64,000 bases of DNA, from NCBI GenBank assembly GCA_964510025.1, contig CAZDZV010000004.1, forward strand, positions 64,611-128,610. Reading direction: 5' to 3'. Positions 10,142 to 19,860 of the stretch are shown piece after piece (position 1 is the stretch's first letter; every line of letters begins with the position of its first letter). Under the pieces are notes generated by a model, which ran no database searches, was not told the DNA's origin, and was given only the letters and a program-made list of their open reading frames with translations. The position numbers and the translations under genes are program-made. The stretch comes from an uncultured Methanosarcinales archaeon (GTDB lineage Archaea; Nanobdellota; Nanobdellia; Woesearchaeales; DATDXC01).

Positions 10142-11268
10142 GCTACCTCAAATCCTATCTCATCGCTCCAGGCTTCATTTCCTGCCGTGTCATACACCCT
10201 AAAATAGGCGTCATAATAGCCTGCATCTAATGCCCCTAGCTCAAACCTGTATCCATCCTGGTCTGGTTCATAATCATAGTATTCCTCGCTCCATCCGCTG
10301 TTGCTGTTTTCCACATGCAGCACAAGCTCCCCATCAAAATCTTGTTCCTCAAAGCTGACCACTATCTCAATATCATCCTCGACCAGTCCTCCGTCCTCTG
10401 GATAGACAAACTCCAGATATTCAGGCTCCTGGGTGTCTATATGGACTGTCCTTTGTTCTGTGCTTGCCTGGAATTCGCATAGGTCATGGTCGTAGCCAGG
10501 GCCATCAGCGCAGTAGTTCATTATGGTTGCAGAAAACTGATAGGTTCCATCATCAAGACCGTAGACTGAATAGCTGTCCATGTAATCGCTGTAGTCGCAG
10601 TAGGCAGAATATTCCTCAGAATTTTCCACCATGTTTCCGTCCTCATCAGTCACATCATAGCATATGGTGCAGTACCCTACCCTGTCATCGCATATGCTCT
10701 CGACCTCCATATAGATCTCATCGTCATCCAGGTATTGCTCATCTTCTGGCTGAGTAATCTCTATCATAGATGATGAAGCTGGCGGTGCATTACAGGGCCG
10801 GCCATTGTTGTCAAAATCATGGCAATACCTGTCTGAGCACTCTTCGCATGTCAAAAGGTCTATATTATAGCTATTCTTCCTCAGGAAATCCCCTTCGAAA
10901 TAATAGACAGTCCGACTTATGATGCAGGGCGAGGGTATATGGGCAGTGTACCTCAGCTCTGTTGAAATGGTGCTATCCTTGTCTATTAGCACCCAAGATG
11001 ACTCATCGGGGTTGAAGACTGTGACCTCTGGTCTGGGATTTAGCGAGTAGTCCAGGATCGTCCCCCCAGGGAAAATCTCGGTTATGCCCAAAGTGTGCCT
11101 GTTTGATGCTATCTCAATCATTATTTCAGCAGTATTTCCTTCATAGGACACGATGCTGGTAGCTACAACCAAATCCTGTCCAAAGCTGACAGCTGACCCT
11201 GTTGTTTTGCAGGAGGTTAGCGATAAGAGTATGGCCAGCAAGGAAAGAATCAACAGTGAATGCCGCAT
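10138..11268 (-). CDS. Secreted/lipoprotein with Ig-like (Big) domains
   Basis: Lipobox-like 'LTSC', 'TTGSAV'; two 'I..PE D' Ig-like repeats ending 'VYDTAGN'; ATGA overlap with next gene. Confidence 0.75.
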   Translation of the reverse strand: MRHSLLILSLLAILLSLTSCKTTGSAVSFGQDLVVATSIVSYEGNTAEIMIEIASNRHTLGITEIFPGGTILDYSLNPRPEVTVFNPDESSWVLIDKDSTISTELRYTAHIPSPCIISRTVYYFEGDFLRKNSYNIDLLTCEECSDRYCHDFDNNGRPCNAPPASSSMIEITQPEDEQYLDDDEIYMEVESICDDRVGYCTICYDVTDEDGNMVENSEEYSAYCDYSDYMDSYSVYGLDDGTYQFSATIMNYCADGPGYDHDLCEFQASTEQRTVHIDTQEPEYLEFVYPEDGGLVEDDIEIVVSFEEQDFDGELVLHVENSNSGWSEEYYDYEPDQDGYRFELGALDAGYYDAYFRVYDTAGNEAWSDEIGFEVA

Positions 11269-11300
11269 ATACCTCTTTTCTTTTTACTACTATAAATATT

Positions 11301-11909
11301 TTACTTAAATACCTTCCCTGTCTCCATGCTCCAGAACAGAAGGTCCAGCTCGTCCATGGGTATGTTTACCTTCCTGGAATAGTTGAGAAACTTCTTTTCT
11401 ATCTCAAGATACCTTTTCCGGGTAACTGTCTTTGGGATCTCATCGATCACGTTAAGCTTGAGTAGGTTCTTCAGGATGTGCCTGTCAAGGATAGCCAGGT
11501 TCCTATAGCCTATGTTTCTCAGGAAATGGGAGGCCTCTTTGTAGCCAAGCCCCTTAACACTATTTACCAGGAATTCTCTTATTTTCCTGTTTTTTCCGGT
11601 ATTTTCTTTGCTGCCTATATCTACCTTTTCTCTAATCTCAGCAAACCTTTCTTTCATCTCTTTAAGATAGCCTGACTTATTCTTATAAAATCTTGTCTTA
11701 TCCTTCAGGATATCTCTTACGTCCAAATTCTTGTTCAGAAAATCCCTTTTCTTCAGTGCGCAGACGCATTCATCACATTTATACGCATTTGATTGGGGAG
11801 TGAGGAGACAGAAGCAGAGCTCATAGAAGATCTGATCGCCCTCAACTCTAGAAAATTCCTTAAGCCTCTGCTTTATAATGGTCTTGGTTGAGGCATATGC
11901 TTTCTTCAT
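11301..11909 (-). CDS. ogg: 8-oxoguanine N-glycosylase/DNA lyase (archaeal OGG2 type)
   Basis: 'ELCFCLLTPQS', 'VKGLGYKEASHFLRNIG', 'AILDRHIL', C-terminal 'LDLLFWSMETGKVFK'. Confidence 0.92.
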   Translation of the reverse strand: MKKAYASTKTIIKQRLKEFSRVEGDQIFYELCFCLLTPQSNAYKCDECVCALKKRDFLNKNLDVRDILKDKTRFYKNKSGYLKEMKERFAEIREKVDIGSKENTGKNRKIREFLVNSVKGLGYKEASHFLRNIGYRNLAILDRHILKNLLKLNVIDEIPKTVTRKRYLEIEKKFLNYSRKVNIPMDELDLLFWSMETGKVFK

Positions 11910-11947
11910 AAGAAAATAAGCAGGATATGCTTTTATAAATATATTGT

Positions 11948-12781
11948 TTAAATGATGAAACTGATGAAGTTCTTTGCAAAATAAGCTTCTACCAAAGCAG
12001 CCAGGAGCAGTATCCCGCCTGCCAGCAAGAATATTGCCAACCCGTCTGCCACCACGTGCTTGAACCTAGGAGACAGGAATCTCTCCCTAACAGAGGCTTT
12101 GGAGATTATCCCACCTGATATGGCCACCAGAAAATAAGCAGCAGCCTCAGCTATGATATGGGGCAGCACCGCCACCACTGTAAGGAATATATAGACAAGG
12201 GGGTTTGCATTAGCCAGAAAATAGCCGTTCCTTATGATAATCCCCATTATAACGCCCCAGGCAGATGCGTTCCATGCAAGGATAAAGACAGCTCCGCTGC
12301 CGTATATGAACGAAGTGACCAGGCAGAAGAGCAGAATCCTGAAATTATTGGTAAACAGGTCCCAGAAATTGTCTGTCCAGCTTGTAGCTTTTCCTACCTC
12401 CCCGACAAGGCTCATCTGGTGCTCAAAGACATGGCTGGTGGTGAGTGGCGGAAAGAAAATAGAAAAAAAAGTGTATGTCAGCATGATCCCCAGGAACAGG
12501 AAGAGATATATCTTGATTATATCTAGATGGGACTCAAATAGGTGCACAAGATTAAGATTTATCTTCTTTCTTGCATCCTCGTTCTCTTCAAGCTCTATAA
12601 GCCTGTTGAGGGACGGCAGGATTATCAGTGATGTCAGCGCAATCGAAGCCAGTCCCACGTCTCTTGGAAATATCAGGATTGCGAGGAACAGTGCAAATAA
12701 TGAATATGTGACCCCAAGCAGGAAAGTATACCTTGGCTTGCTTTTCAGCCACCTTATAGAGTAAATCTGCTCTAAGACCAT
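11948..12781 (-). CDS. SpoIIM/DUF95-family membrane protein
   Basis: 'LFTNNFRILL', 'FILAWNAS', 'LPHIIAE', 'LAALVEAY'. Confidence 0.8.
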   Translation of the reverse strand: MVLEQIYSIRWLKSKPRYTFLLGVTYSLFALFLAILIFPRDVGLASIALTSLIILPSLNRLIELEENEDARKKINLNLVHLFESHLDIIKIYLFLFLGIMLTYTFFSIFFPPLTTSHVFEHQMSLVGEVGKATSWTDNFWDLFTNNFRILLFCLVTSFIYGSGAVFILAWNASAWGVIMGIIIRNGYFLANANPLVYIFLTVVAVLPHIIAEAAAYFLVAISGGIISKASVRERFLSPRFKHVVADGLAIFLLAGGILLLAALVEAYFAKNFISFII

Positions 12782-13650
12782 TTTTGAAGCTCTTCTACCA
12801 CCTTTACGTCATTGAGCACAAACAAGTGTACCCCTGGTGCTCCATACTGCTTCAGTTTCTTTATCATCTCTGAACAGTATTTGATTCCAAAGTCCGGAGC
12901 TTCCTTAAATCCATCTTTTAGCTCCTTGTTGACCTTCAACTTAAAAAACCTTTCGATTGACTCTATCTGTTTTAGGTTCCTTATAGGCCGTATCCCCGGT
13001 ATCACAGGCACTGTTATGTTGTTCTTCCGCAGCTTTTCTGCATATTCCCGGTATTCTTCAAATGAGAAGATCATCTGGGTGATGATAAGCTCTGCGCCTG
13101 CCTCTATCTTTGCCCTTATGTGCTTGAGCTCATCTGCAAAATCATCTTCAGGGTGGCCGGCTGCGATTATGCAGAAATCTGTCTGCAGCCCTTTCCGAGA
13201 CTCTTTGTCTATCCCTTTTCTGGGAAGATATATCCCCTTGTTCATGTTATTTATCTGCTGCATGAGCAGGTATGCGTATCTGTAGTCCCCATCCCAGGCT
13301 TCTTTTTTCTGTCCTGCTGGCGGGTCGCCCCTCAGAGCAAGGATATTGTTGATGCCCATGTAATAAAGGTCCATAAGGTCGTTCTCTATCTCATATTTTG
13401 TCCTTTCCCTGCAGACAAAATGGGCTATTGTGTTTAATCCGAACTTAGCCTGTGCAAAATAAGATATAGGCAATGTGCCCCCCCTTAAGCTTCCGCCTGC
13501 ACCTTTGGTTATGCTTACAAAATCAACCTTATCCTTGAGAAAATCGAGCTGGCTGAAAATTTCGTCGCATGATGTCCCGTTTCTTGGGGGTACAAGCTCT
13601 ACAGACCAGGTAAAGCCCTTCTCTTTCAATATCTCGGTTACCTTTTTCAT
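12772..13650 (-). CDS. metF: Methylenetetrahydrofolate reductase
   Basis: 'SVELVPPR', 'SITKGAGGS', 'ILALRGDPP', 'KIEAGAELIITQMIF', 'GVHLFVLN'. Confidence 0.92.
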   Translation of the reverse strand: MKKVTEILKEKGFTWSVELVPPRNGTSCDEIFSQLDFLKDKVDFVSITKGAGGSLRGGTLPISYFAQAKFGLNTIAHFVCRERTKYEIENDLMDLYYMGINNILALRGDPPAGQKKEAWDGDYRYAYLLMQQINNMNKGIYLPRKGIDKESRKGLQTDFCIIAAGHPEDDFADELKHIRAKIEAGAELIITQMIFSFEEYREYAEKLRKNNITVPVIPGIRPIRNLKQIESIERFFKLKVNKELKDGFKEAPDFGIKYCSEMIKKLKQYGAPGVHLFVLNDVKVVEELQKWS

Positions 13651-15938
13651 CTTATGAGCTCATTGATCCTTTTTACAGCAACCAGAGCATCCTTTGCATA
13701 TGCAGCCTTGATTCCGGAGGCATAATCGCTCGTCACGACAGCTCCGCCGACTATGACAGGAACATTGACATTATTCTTTCTTAATTCCTTTATAACATTT
13801 TCCATTTCTATTACAGTCGTTGTCATGAGCGCAGACAAGGCAATGATATCCGGCCTGTGTTTTATGGCCTCTTCGATGATCCTTTTGGTCTTGACGTTGA
13901 CGCCCAGGTCTATTATGCTGTAGTTATGGCTCTCAAGCAAGGCTATAACTATGTTCTTGCCGATGTCATGGATATCATTTTCCACAGTGGCAAACATCAC
14001 TTTTCCCCGCTCCCTGCCCCCTTTTTTGCTGAGCTCTTTCTTGAGCCTGCTGAATGCCCTTTTCATTGCATCAGCTGACAGCAGCACCTGCGGAAGAAAA
14101 TATTCCTTTTTGTTGAATCTCCTGCCAACCTCGTTCAGCGCATCGATCAGTATATCGTTTATCCTGTATGCGTCTATGCTCTCGAGTGCTTTTTCCACTA
14201 GCTGCGCTATGCTGTCCCTGTCGCCGTAGAGAACGGCGTTGTACAGCTGTTTGTCCAGGGGAAGCCTGCTATAGTCCTTTTTCTTTGGTTTCCAGCTTAT
14301 GTCTATGGAGGTGTCTGCCTGGAATACCTTATCAAGGGGGTTGAGTATGGCTAGGTCCAGCCCTGCTTTAGCGGCCTTTGTAAAGAATTTAGAGTTTATC
14401 TCTGACCTGTTTGGCAGCCCATGGGAGATGTTGCTCACCCCTAGGATTGTCCTGTAGCCAAGGCTCTTAAGCTCCTTTACAGCATCCAGTATTATCTTTT
14501 CGTTCTCAGGGTTTGTAGCAATGGTCAGCACCAGGGAATCAACTATTATGTCCTTCTTGGCGATACCTGCCTTTTCAGCACGCCTTATGATCCTCTTTGC
14601 TATGCTTATCCTTTTCTCCTTTGTCTTTGGTATGCCCTCATCATCCAAAGCAAGGGCGATTATTGCTGCACCGTATTTCCTTGCCAATGGGATCATTTCT
14701 TGCAGGCTTTTCTCTGACCCGTTTACAGAATTGATGAGCGGCTTTCCGTCTGATTTTTTTAGCGCAGCTTCCAGGGCTTCAGGATCGGAGGTGTCGATAA
14801 CAAGCGGCGCATCAACTACGTTCTGTGCTGCCCCTATCGCCTTGGGAAGGCTCTTTGTTTCGTCCCCTCCCGCTATACCCACATTTATGTCTAGCAGGGA
14901 AGCCCCTTCCTCCACCTGCTGAAGTGCCTGGTTCCTTATATAGTCTGTCCTTCCATTTTTAATCTCATCGATAAACTGCTTCCTGTTTGTCGGGTTTATC
15001 CTTTCTCCGACGACAAGTGTTGGCCTGATCTCAACTGTCTTTGTCCTGGAGCATAGTTTTGTCTTTTCTTCGGCGTCTCTTTTGGCCGGTTCCAGGCCTT
15101 TTATCCTGCTAGATATGGCCCGTATGAAATCAGGATTTGTTCCGCAGCATCCTCCGACGATATTTGCTCCAAGATTGATGAATTTCTCTGCATATGCTGC
15201 AAACCTGTCGATTGGATATTCCCAGACTGTTTTCTTGCCTATTATCTTAGGTAATCCGGCATTCGGCTGCAGGCATATCGGCTTATTTGTGTTTTTTGCG
15301 ATTATCTGGGCAGTTCCATACATGCCTTCCGGCCCGTCAGAGCAGTTTACTCCGATAATATCTGCACCTGATGCTTCTGCCACAGCCACGTATGTTTCAA
15401 CATCTGTCCCTGTCGTAGTCCTTCCGTCCTGTATAGTCATCGAGCTTATGATCGGCCTGTCAAATACCTCCTTGACAGCTACCAGCGCTGCTTTCAGTAT
15501 CCTCAGGTCTGATATCGTCTCAATTATGATCATGTCTGCCTTGGCTAGCCCCTTGGCTTGTTCTTTGAACACCTCATAAGCCTCATCAAAACATAACTTG
15601 CCCAAGGGCTCGATAAACTCCCCTAATGGCCCTATATCCCCTACAACAAGACATTCTGGGCAGGCGATCCTGACATTTTCAACAGCTGCCCTGTTTATCT
15701 CTTTAACCTTATCCTGCAGCCCGTATGCTTTGAGCTTCAGCCTGTTTGCCCCAAAAGTATTTGTCAGTATAAGCTCAGAGCCTGCGTCAGCGTATTCCTT
15801 GTGTATCTTCCTTATAAGCTCAGGCTTTGTCAGGTTAAGCTCATCAGGGCAGCCTTTCAGGCCATATTTCTGGAGCATTGTTCCCATGGCCCCATCTAGC
15901 AGAAACACCTTACTCTTCAGCCTATTGATGAATCCCAT
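13647..15938 (-). CDS. metH: Cobalamin-dependent methionine synthase (Hcy-, folate- and B12-binding domains; no AdoMet reactivation domain)
   Basis: 'LDGAMGT', 'GVNCS', 'GGCCGT', 'GERINPT', B12 motif 'DIHDIGKNIV...LSALMTTT...VGGA'. Confidence 0.95.
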   Translation of the reverse strand: MGFINRLKSKVFLLDGAMGTMLQKYGLKGCPDELNLTKPELIRKIHKEYADAGSELILTNTFGANRLKLKAYGLQDKVKEINRAAVENVRIACPECLVVGDIGPLGEFIEPLGKLCFDEAYEVFKEQAKGLAKADMIIIETISDLRILKAALVAVKEVFDRPIISSMTIQDGRTTTGTDVETYVAVAEASGADIIGVNCSDGPEGMYGTAQIIAKNTNKPICLQPNAGLPKIIGKKTVWEYPIDRFAAYAEKFINLGANIVGGCCGTNPDFIRAISSRIKGLEPAKRDAEEKTKLCSRTKTVEIRPTLVVGERINPTNRKQFIDEIKNGRTDYIRNQALQQVEEGASLLDINVGIAGGDETKSLPKAIGAAQNVVDAPLVIDTSDPEALEAALKKSDGKPLINSVNGSEKSLQEMIPLARKYGAAIIALALDDEGIPKTKEKRISIAKRIIRRAEKAGIAKKDIIVDSLVLTIATNPENEKIILDAVKELKSLGYRTILGVSNISHGLPNRSEINSKFFTKAAKAGLDLAILNPLDKVFQADTSIDISWKPKKKDYSRLPLDKQLYNAVLYGDRDSIAQLVEKALESIDAYRINDILIDALNEVGRRFNKKEYFLPQVLLSADAMKRAFSRLKKELSKKGGRERGKVMFATVENDIHDIGKNIVIALLESHNYSIIDLGVNVKTKRIIEEAIKHRPDIIALSALMTTTVIEMENVIKELRKNNVNVPVIVGGAVVTSDYASGIKAAYAKDALVAVKRINELIR

Positions 15939-16000
15939 AGGAGCAGAGCTAAGGTTTAGTATTTAAAAACCTTTTTGTGAGAGATAGTATCATAAGAATA

Positions 16001-16180
16001 TCAGCTTGATTCATGGATCTTCTCATCGACTATCTTCTTGAGAGCTTTTGCCTCCTGCTCTATCTTCTGGAGATAGCTGATATCTGCAAAATGCTCCATG
16101 GCGCAGCCTTCACAATAATAGTCACTTGAGCCCTTTATGCAGAAGACAGCATCTGCACCGCAAATGATACATTTCTTCAT
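16001..16180 (-). CDS. Small Zn-finger protein (59 aa, MKKCIICG...YYCEGCAMEHF...); not in ORF track
   Basis: Translated by hand; two CxxC motifs followed by a helical tail. Confidence 0.75.
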   Translation of the reverse strand: MKKCIICGADAVFCIKGSSDYYCEGCAMEHFADISYLQKIEQEAKALKKIVDEKIHESS

Positions 16181-16185
16181 GAAAA

Positions 16186-16311
16186 TTAGGCAGCCATGAG
16201 CTTCCTCTTCTTGAGGCGCATAAAAAGCATTCCGTTTCTGGCTTCAACCTGCTTATGAATATAAGAATTCCCGATTATCCTTACTATGTCTATCACTTTT
16301 TTTGTAATAAT
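16186..16311 (-). CDS. Putative small basic protein with ATT start (41 aa)
   Basis: SD-like GGGGGTGG immediately upstream of ATT ATT; open frame to TAA at 16186; TATA further upstream. Confidence 0.4.
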   Translation of the reverse strand: MITKKVIDIVRIIGNSYIHKQVEARNGMLFMRLKKRKLMAA

Positions 16312-16403
16312 ACCACCCCCCAAAAACAATACTATTCATCTGAGAAGCCCTTTAAATATTTTTGGGTTTCAGGACGCTATAAAAACTGGATTAGTATACA
16401 GAT

Positions 16404-16772
16404 TTATACACTGGATCTTGACTTCATATCCTTTAGAAACTGCCTGAAGGCAGCATGGACTATTGCTGATATATGGGCAAAGATAAAGATCACGATGGCT
16501 GCCTGGGTATAGTACAATATCCTGCTGTTGAACAAGAAGTCTGAAAACGCCCTCATAAAGCCGTACTCCCTGGCTATGAAGAACATCACCGCAAAAGCTG
16601 CAGCCGCCATGTAGTATGCGTGCATATTGTTCTCCTTAAGGTCTATCCTCGACCTGCAGGCTATTATTAGGATAAGGCTAACATTGATGAGAAATGTCGG
16701 CACAGAGACTATGGGATAGCCAAGATATGCAATGGTCATCACCAGTATCAACAGCACGATAAATCCTATCAT
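16404..16772 (-). CDS. Four-TM membrane protein
   Basis: Hydrophobic pattern. Confidence 0.7.
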   Translation of the reverse strand: MIGFIVLLILVMTIAYLGYPIVSVPTFLINVSLILIIACRSRIDLKENNMHAYYMAAAAFAVMFFIAREYGFMRAFSDFLFNSRILYYTQAAIVIFIFAHISAIVHAAFRQFLKDMKSRSSV

Positions 16773-16807
16773 AAGCGAGATTATGGATGCTGGATATAAA
16801 AAGATTT

Positions 16808-17332
16808 CTAGCCTTTGGTATATTTTCCCATCAGCTCAGCTTCATCTATCTTGTGTGAATCCACCTGTTCATAGAATTCCTCTTTTGTCTCAGCTGCAAG
16901 ATTTTCAACGTCCAGAGCATACAGCCTGAAGAAATACCTATGCACTCCTGAAGGAGGGCATGGCCCGCCGTAGCCCTCTTTTCCAAAATCATTTACGACC
17001 TGTACGCCAGGCACGCTGTTCTCTTCTATTTCCGTTGTGTCGGTAGTGATGTCCTTGACCAGCCAATGCACCCAGGTGCCTGATGGCGCATCAGGGTCAT
17101 CAACAATGAGAGCAAGGCTTTTTGCCGCCCCTGGGACCCCCTCTATCCTAAGCTGGGGATTGACATCATCACCCTGGCATGTGTATTTTGCTGGGATCAT
17201 CGTACCTTCATCAAAAGCATCAGAACTTATCTTCATCTCTACCACCTCCGGTTGTTGCACTGCTGGCTGCCCTGTTTCATTTGCAGTACATGCTAGCAGA
17301 AATATGCATAATGCCGCTGCATAAAGTTTCAT
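16808..17332 (-). CDS. YbhB/YbcL (PEBP/RKIP-like) lipoprotein
   Basis: Lipobox 'LLAC'; 'DDPDAPSGTWVHW', 'GYGGPCPPSGVHRYFFRLYALD'. Confidence 0.92.
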   Translation of the reverse strand: MKLYAAALCIFLLACTANETGQPAVQQPEVVEMKISSDAFDEGTMIPAKYTCQGDDVNPQLRIEGVPGAAKSLALIVDDPDAPSGTWVHWLVKDITTDTTEIEENSVPGVQVVNDFGKEGYGGPCPPSGVHRYFFRLYALDVENLAAETKEEFYEQVDSHKIDEAELMGKYTKG

Positions 17333-17389
17333 ATAGCTGACATAATGGGGCCAGATTAATAAACTTTTTTAGTAATTAAGAAGTCATGA

Positions 17390-17473
17390 TGCGGAGAGGA
17401 GGATTCGAACCCCCGTAGGCACTAAGCCAATAGGTCCTAAGCCTATCCCGTTTGGCCACTCCGGCATCTCCGC
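17390..17473 (-). tRNA. tRNA-Leu (anticodon TAG), CCA not encoded
   Basis: GCGGAGA/TCTCCGC acceptor stem; anticodon arm ATAGG-CTTAGGA-CCTAT; long variable arm; GGTTCGAATCC T-loop. Confidence 0.97.
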
Positions 17474-17575
17474 ATAATTTCTGAGAAATTCCTCTTATTT
17501 AAAAACATTACTGTAATTTCAGCTGTATTGCAAATTTCACAAAATTTATAAATAACTGTTGTTTTGCTGGAACAG

Positions 17576-18253
17576 ATGAAATCAGCTGTGATATTGTGCG
17601 CGTTGGCTCTGCTAATGCTTAGCGCCTGCATCCCACCTGGGCCTCAGGATGAATGCAGCTCTTTGACAAGCATAACTGCTATAGACAACTGCTATTTCGA
17701 GAAAGCTATAGCAGCAGCAGATATTGAATTCTGCAAGAGCATCCAGCTTGCACCCTTGAAAGAATCATGCATCTCTGAGATAGGGATATCATTAGGTGAC
17801 ATTAACCTGTGTGAGGACCTGGATGAGGCTCCAAAAGGCAACTGCTATGCAAGCATAGCCATTGGCAACCAGGATGAGACAATCTGCAGGGAGATCGAGT
17901 CTGACTATTGGTATGATATCTGCCTTTATGAGGTTGGGATACTAAAACAGGATGAAGAAATCTGCTTTGAAATGCATAATATGGAAGATGCCGAGCCTTG
18001 CTTCAACCTGCTGGCACAGCAAAAGGATGACGAATGGATCTGCAGTCTCATCCTTGAGCCTGTAGAAGAGTTCAAATGCTACAGCAAGATGGCTTTGCAG
18101 AAGGACAATGTAAGCATCTGCTATCTGGTAAGGGAGACTGTACAGAGGGAAGGAAACTGCATAAAGAGATTTGCAGAAAAGACAGATAACGCAGATATAT
18201 GCAATATGATTACAACCCCTAGGATCAGGGACGACTGCTTAAGGAAGTTCTGA
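17576..18253 (+). CDS. Cys-rich helical-repeat lipoprotein
   Basis: Lipobox 'LSAC'; about 8 repeats of C-x-x-I-x(5-8)-C-Y-x3-A-x4-D. Confidence 0.8.
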   Translation: MKSAVILCALALLMLSACIPPGPQDECSSLTSITAIDNCYFEKAIAAADIEFCKSIQLAPLKESCISEIGISLGDINLCEDLDEAPKGNCYASIAIGNQDETICREIESDYWYDICLYEVGILKQDEEICFEMHNMEDAEPCFNLLAQQKDDEWICSLILEPVEEFKCYSKMALQKDNVSICYLVRETVQREGNCIKRFAEKTDNADICNMITTPRIRDDCLRKF

Positions 18254-18412
18254 TTACTGCCAGTTATAGCTGCGAAGCCTGGCAGATTTGCCATAGCCGC
18301 AAGAGCTGCATTTGTTCCTTCTTAAGCTGTAGGTGCGCTTGCCGCATCTGCGGCAGTGTATCATATTCTTCTTTCCAGACTTCTTTCCCTTAGAAGGAGT
18401 TCCCTTTACCAT
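18254..18412 (-). CDS. rpl37e: 50S ribosomal protein L37e; not in ORF track
   Basis: MVKGTPSKGKK...HCRRCGKRTY...KCSSCGYGKSARLRSYNWQ; conserved position downstream of Sm. Confidence 0.96.
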   Translation of the reverse strand: MVKGTPSKGKKSGKKNMIHCRRCGKRTYSLRRNKCSSCGYGKSARLRSYNWQ

Positions 18413-18416
18413 AAGA

Positions 18417-18644
18417 TCACTCTGGCGATATTACTGTGATTGTATCTCCGCGTATAAAGATGACGCCCAGTTTCCTCTTCACTTCCCCGTTCATCCGTTC
18501 TTCAGCTTCCTCAAGAACTACATTTATGTGTATGTCAAATGCTTTTAAGATCCCTATATACTGCTTGTTGTTTTTTAACTCAACAATAACTCTTTTGTCT
18601 CTTGCCCTGTTTAGGGCATCCAAAGGTCTTGATGCTTCAACCAT
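18417..18644 (-). CDS. Archaeal Sm/Lsm protein (SmAP1)
   Basis: 'RPLDAL...GILKAFDIHINVVLEEAEE...IFIRGDTITVISP'; SD GGAGGGG before ATG 18644. Confidence 0.95.
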   Translation of the reverse strand: MVEASRPLDALNRARDKRVIVELKNNKQYIGILKAFDIHINVVLEEAEERMNGEVKRKLGVIFIRGDTITVISPE

Positions 18645-18749
18645 ATAATCCCCCTCCAAAAAATGGAATAGAAACAAGAATCACATGTTAGTATTTAAAT
18701 GTTGCGAAAAAACGAAGAGTTTTTAAATTAGCATAAATTTCTCAGTGCT

Positions 18750-19130
18750 ATGGCAATATCACAGGCAAGATCAAACAGGAAAGAGACAGGTTCGAGGTAT
18801 AAGGCTCACAAGAAAGAGAGCCAGTATGAGCTGGGAAGAACCCCGTCTTACACAAGGCTCGAGAAACGAAGGATAAAATCTGTAAGGACAATGGGAAAGA
18901 ACAAGAAGATGAAGCTTCTCAGCACAGATCTTGCGAATGTCTATGATCCTAAGGCCAAAAAGTATGAAAAGATTAAGATTAAGACCATAGTGGAAACGCC
19001 TGCTAACTCCCAGTTTACGAGAAGAAACATAATGACCAAAGGCTGCGTCATCGAAACAGAGAAGGGCAAAGCAAAGGTGACTTCAAGGCCAGGCCAGGAC
19101 GGCACAGTTAATGCTGTTTTCGTGCAATAG
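18750..19130 (+). CDS. rps8e: 30S ribosomal protein S8e
   Basis: 'RKETGSRY', 'RRNIMTKG', 'VTSRPGQDGTVNAV'. Confidence 0.97.
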   Translation: MAISQARSNRKETGSRYKAHKKESQYELGRTPSYTRLEKRRIKSVRTMGKNKKMKLLSTDLANVYDPKAKKYEKIKIKTIVETPANSQFTRRNIMTKGCVIETEKGKAKVTSRPGQDGTVNAVFVQ

Positions 19131-19161
19131 CTTTTTATATTTCTTGTTCTGAATCCTTTCC

Positions 19162-19860
19162 ATGAAGTCAGTATATAAGCTACTCTACAAAAGGTATGGT
19201 CCCCAAGGCTGGTGGCCGTTGACAGTAAACCATGTGCCAATCCACTATGCAGGAGATCCAAAAACAGAGAGGCACAGATTTGAGATTATCATTGGAGCGA
19301 TACTGACCCAGAATACGAACTGGAGAAATGTTGAAAAGGCTTTGCATAACCTCAGCAAGGCAGGTCTCCTGGACATCAGGAGGATGTGCAGGGCCAGGGT
19401 AGATAAGATCGCCAGGTTGATCAGGCCGGCTGGATACTACAACCAAAAAGCAGAAAGGCTCAAGCTCATTGCCCGCTACATACTAAAGAACTACGGCTCG
19501 ACAGTTTGCTTTTTTGACAAGAAGATATCTGAATTAAGGGAAGAGCTTCTGGGCATCAGAGGGATAGGCCCTGAGACAGCTGACTCTATCATGCTCTATT
19601 CTGCAGAAAAGCCCATCTTTGTGATAGATGCGTATACAAAGAGGATCTTCACCAGGCTTGGCCATAAAGAAAAAACATATGATAGCTGGCAGTATATGTT
19701 TATGGGCAGCCTTAAGCCAGATGTGCAGCTTTTCAAGGAATTCCATGCGCTTATTGTCCAGCTGGCGAAATCCAGCTGCAAAAACAAGCCAGAATGCCGG
19801 AGCTGTCCGCTGTCAAGCATCTGTTCATCTAAAAAAACCAAAAAGGTTTCGGAAAAATAG
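19162..19860 (+). CDS. Endonuclease III-related HhH-GPD glycosylase
   Basis: 'YGPQGWWP', 'GAILTQNTNW', 'GIGPETADSI', 'FVIDAYTKR', C-terminal 4-Cys cluster. Confidence 0.9.
   Translation: MKSVYKLLYKRYGPQGWWPLTVNHVPIHYAGDPKTERHRFEIIIGAILTQNTNWRNVEKALHNLSKAGLLDIRRMCRARVDKIARLIRPAGYYNQKAERLKLIARYILKNYGSTVCFFDKKISELREELLGIRGIGPETADSIMLYSAEKPIFVIDAYTKRIFTRLGHKEKTYDSWQYMFMGSLKPDVQLFKEFHALIVQLAKSSCKNKPECRSCPLSSICSSKKTKKVSEK

Noticed and set aside
15939..16000. Possible riboswitch (B12/SAM) upstream of metH
   Set aside because: The TATA sits about 25 nt before the ATG, so the gene is essentially leaderless with no room or motif
17340..17560. Integrative element at tRNA-Leu
   Set aside because: No integrase and no duplicated tRNA 3' end noticed in the window
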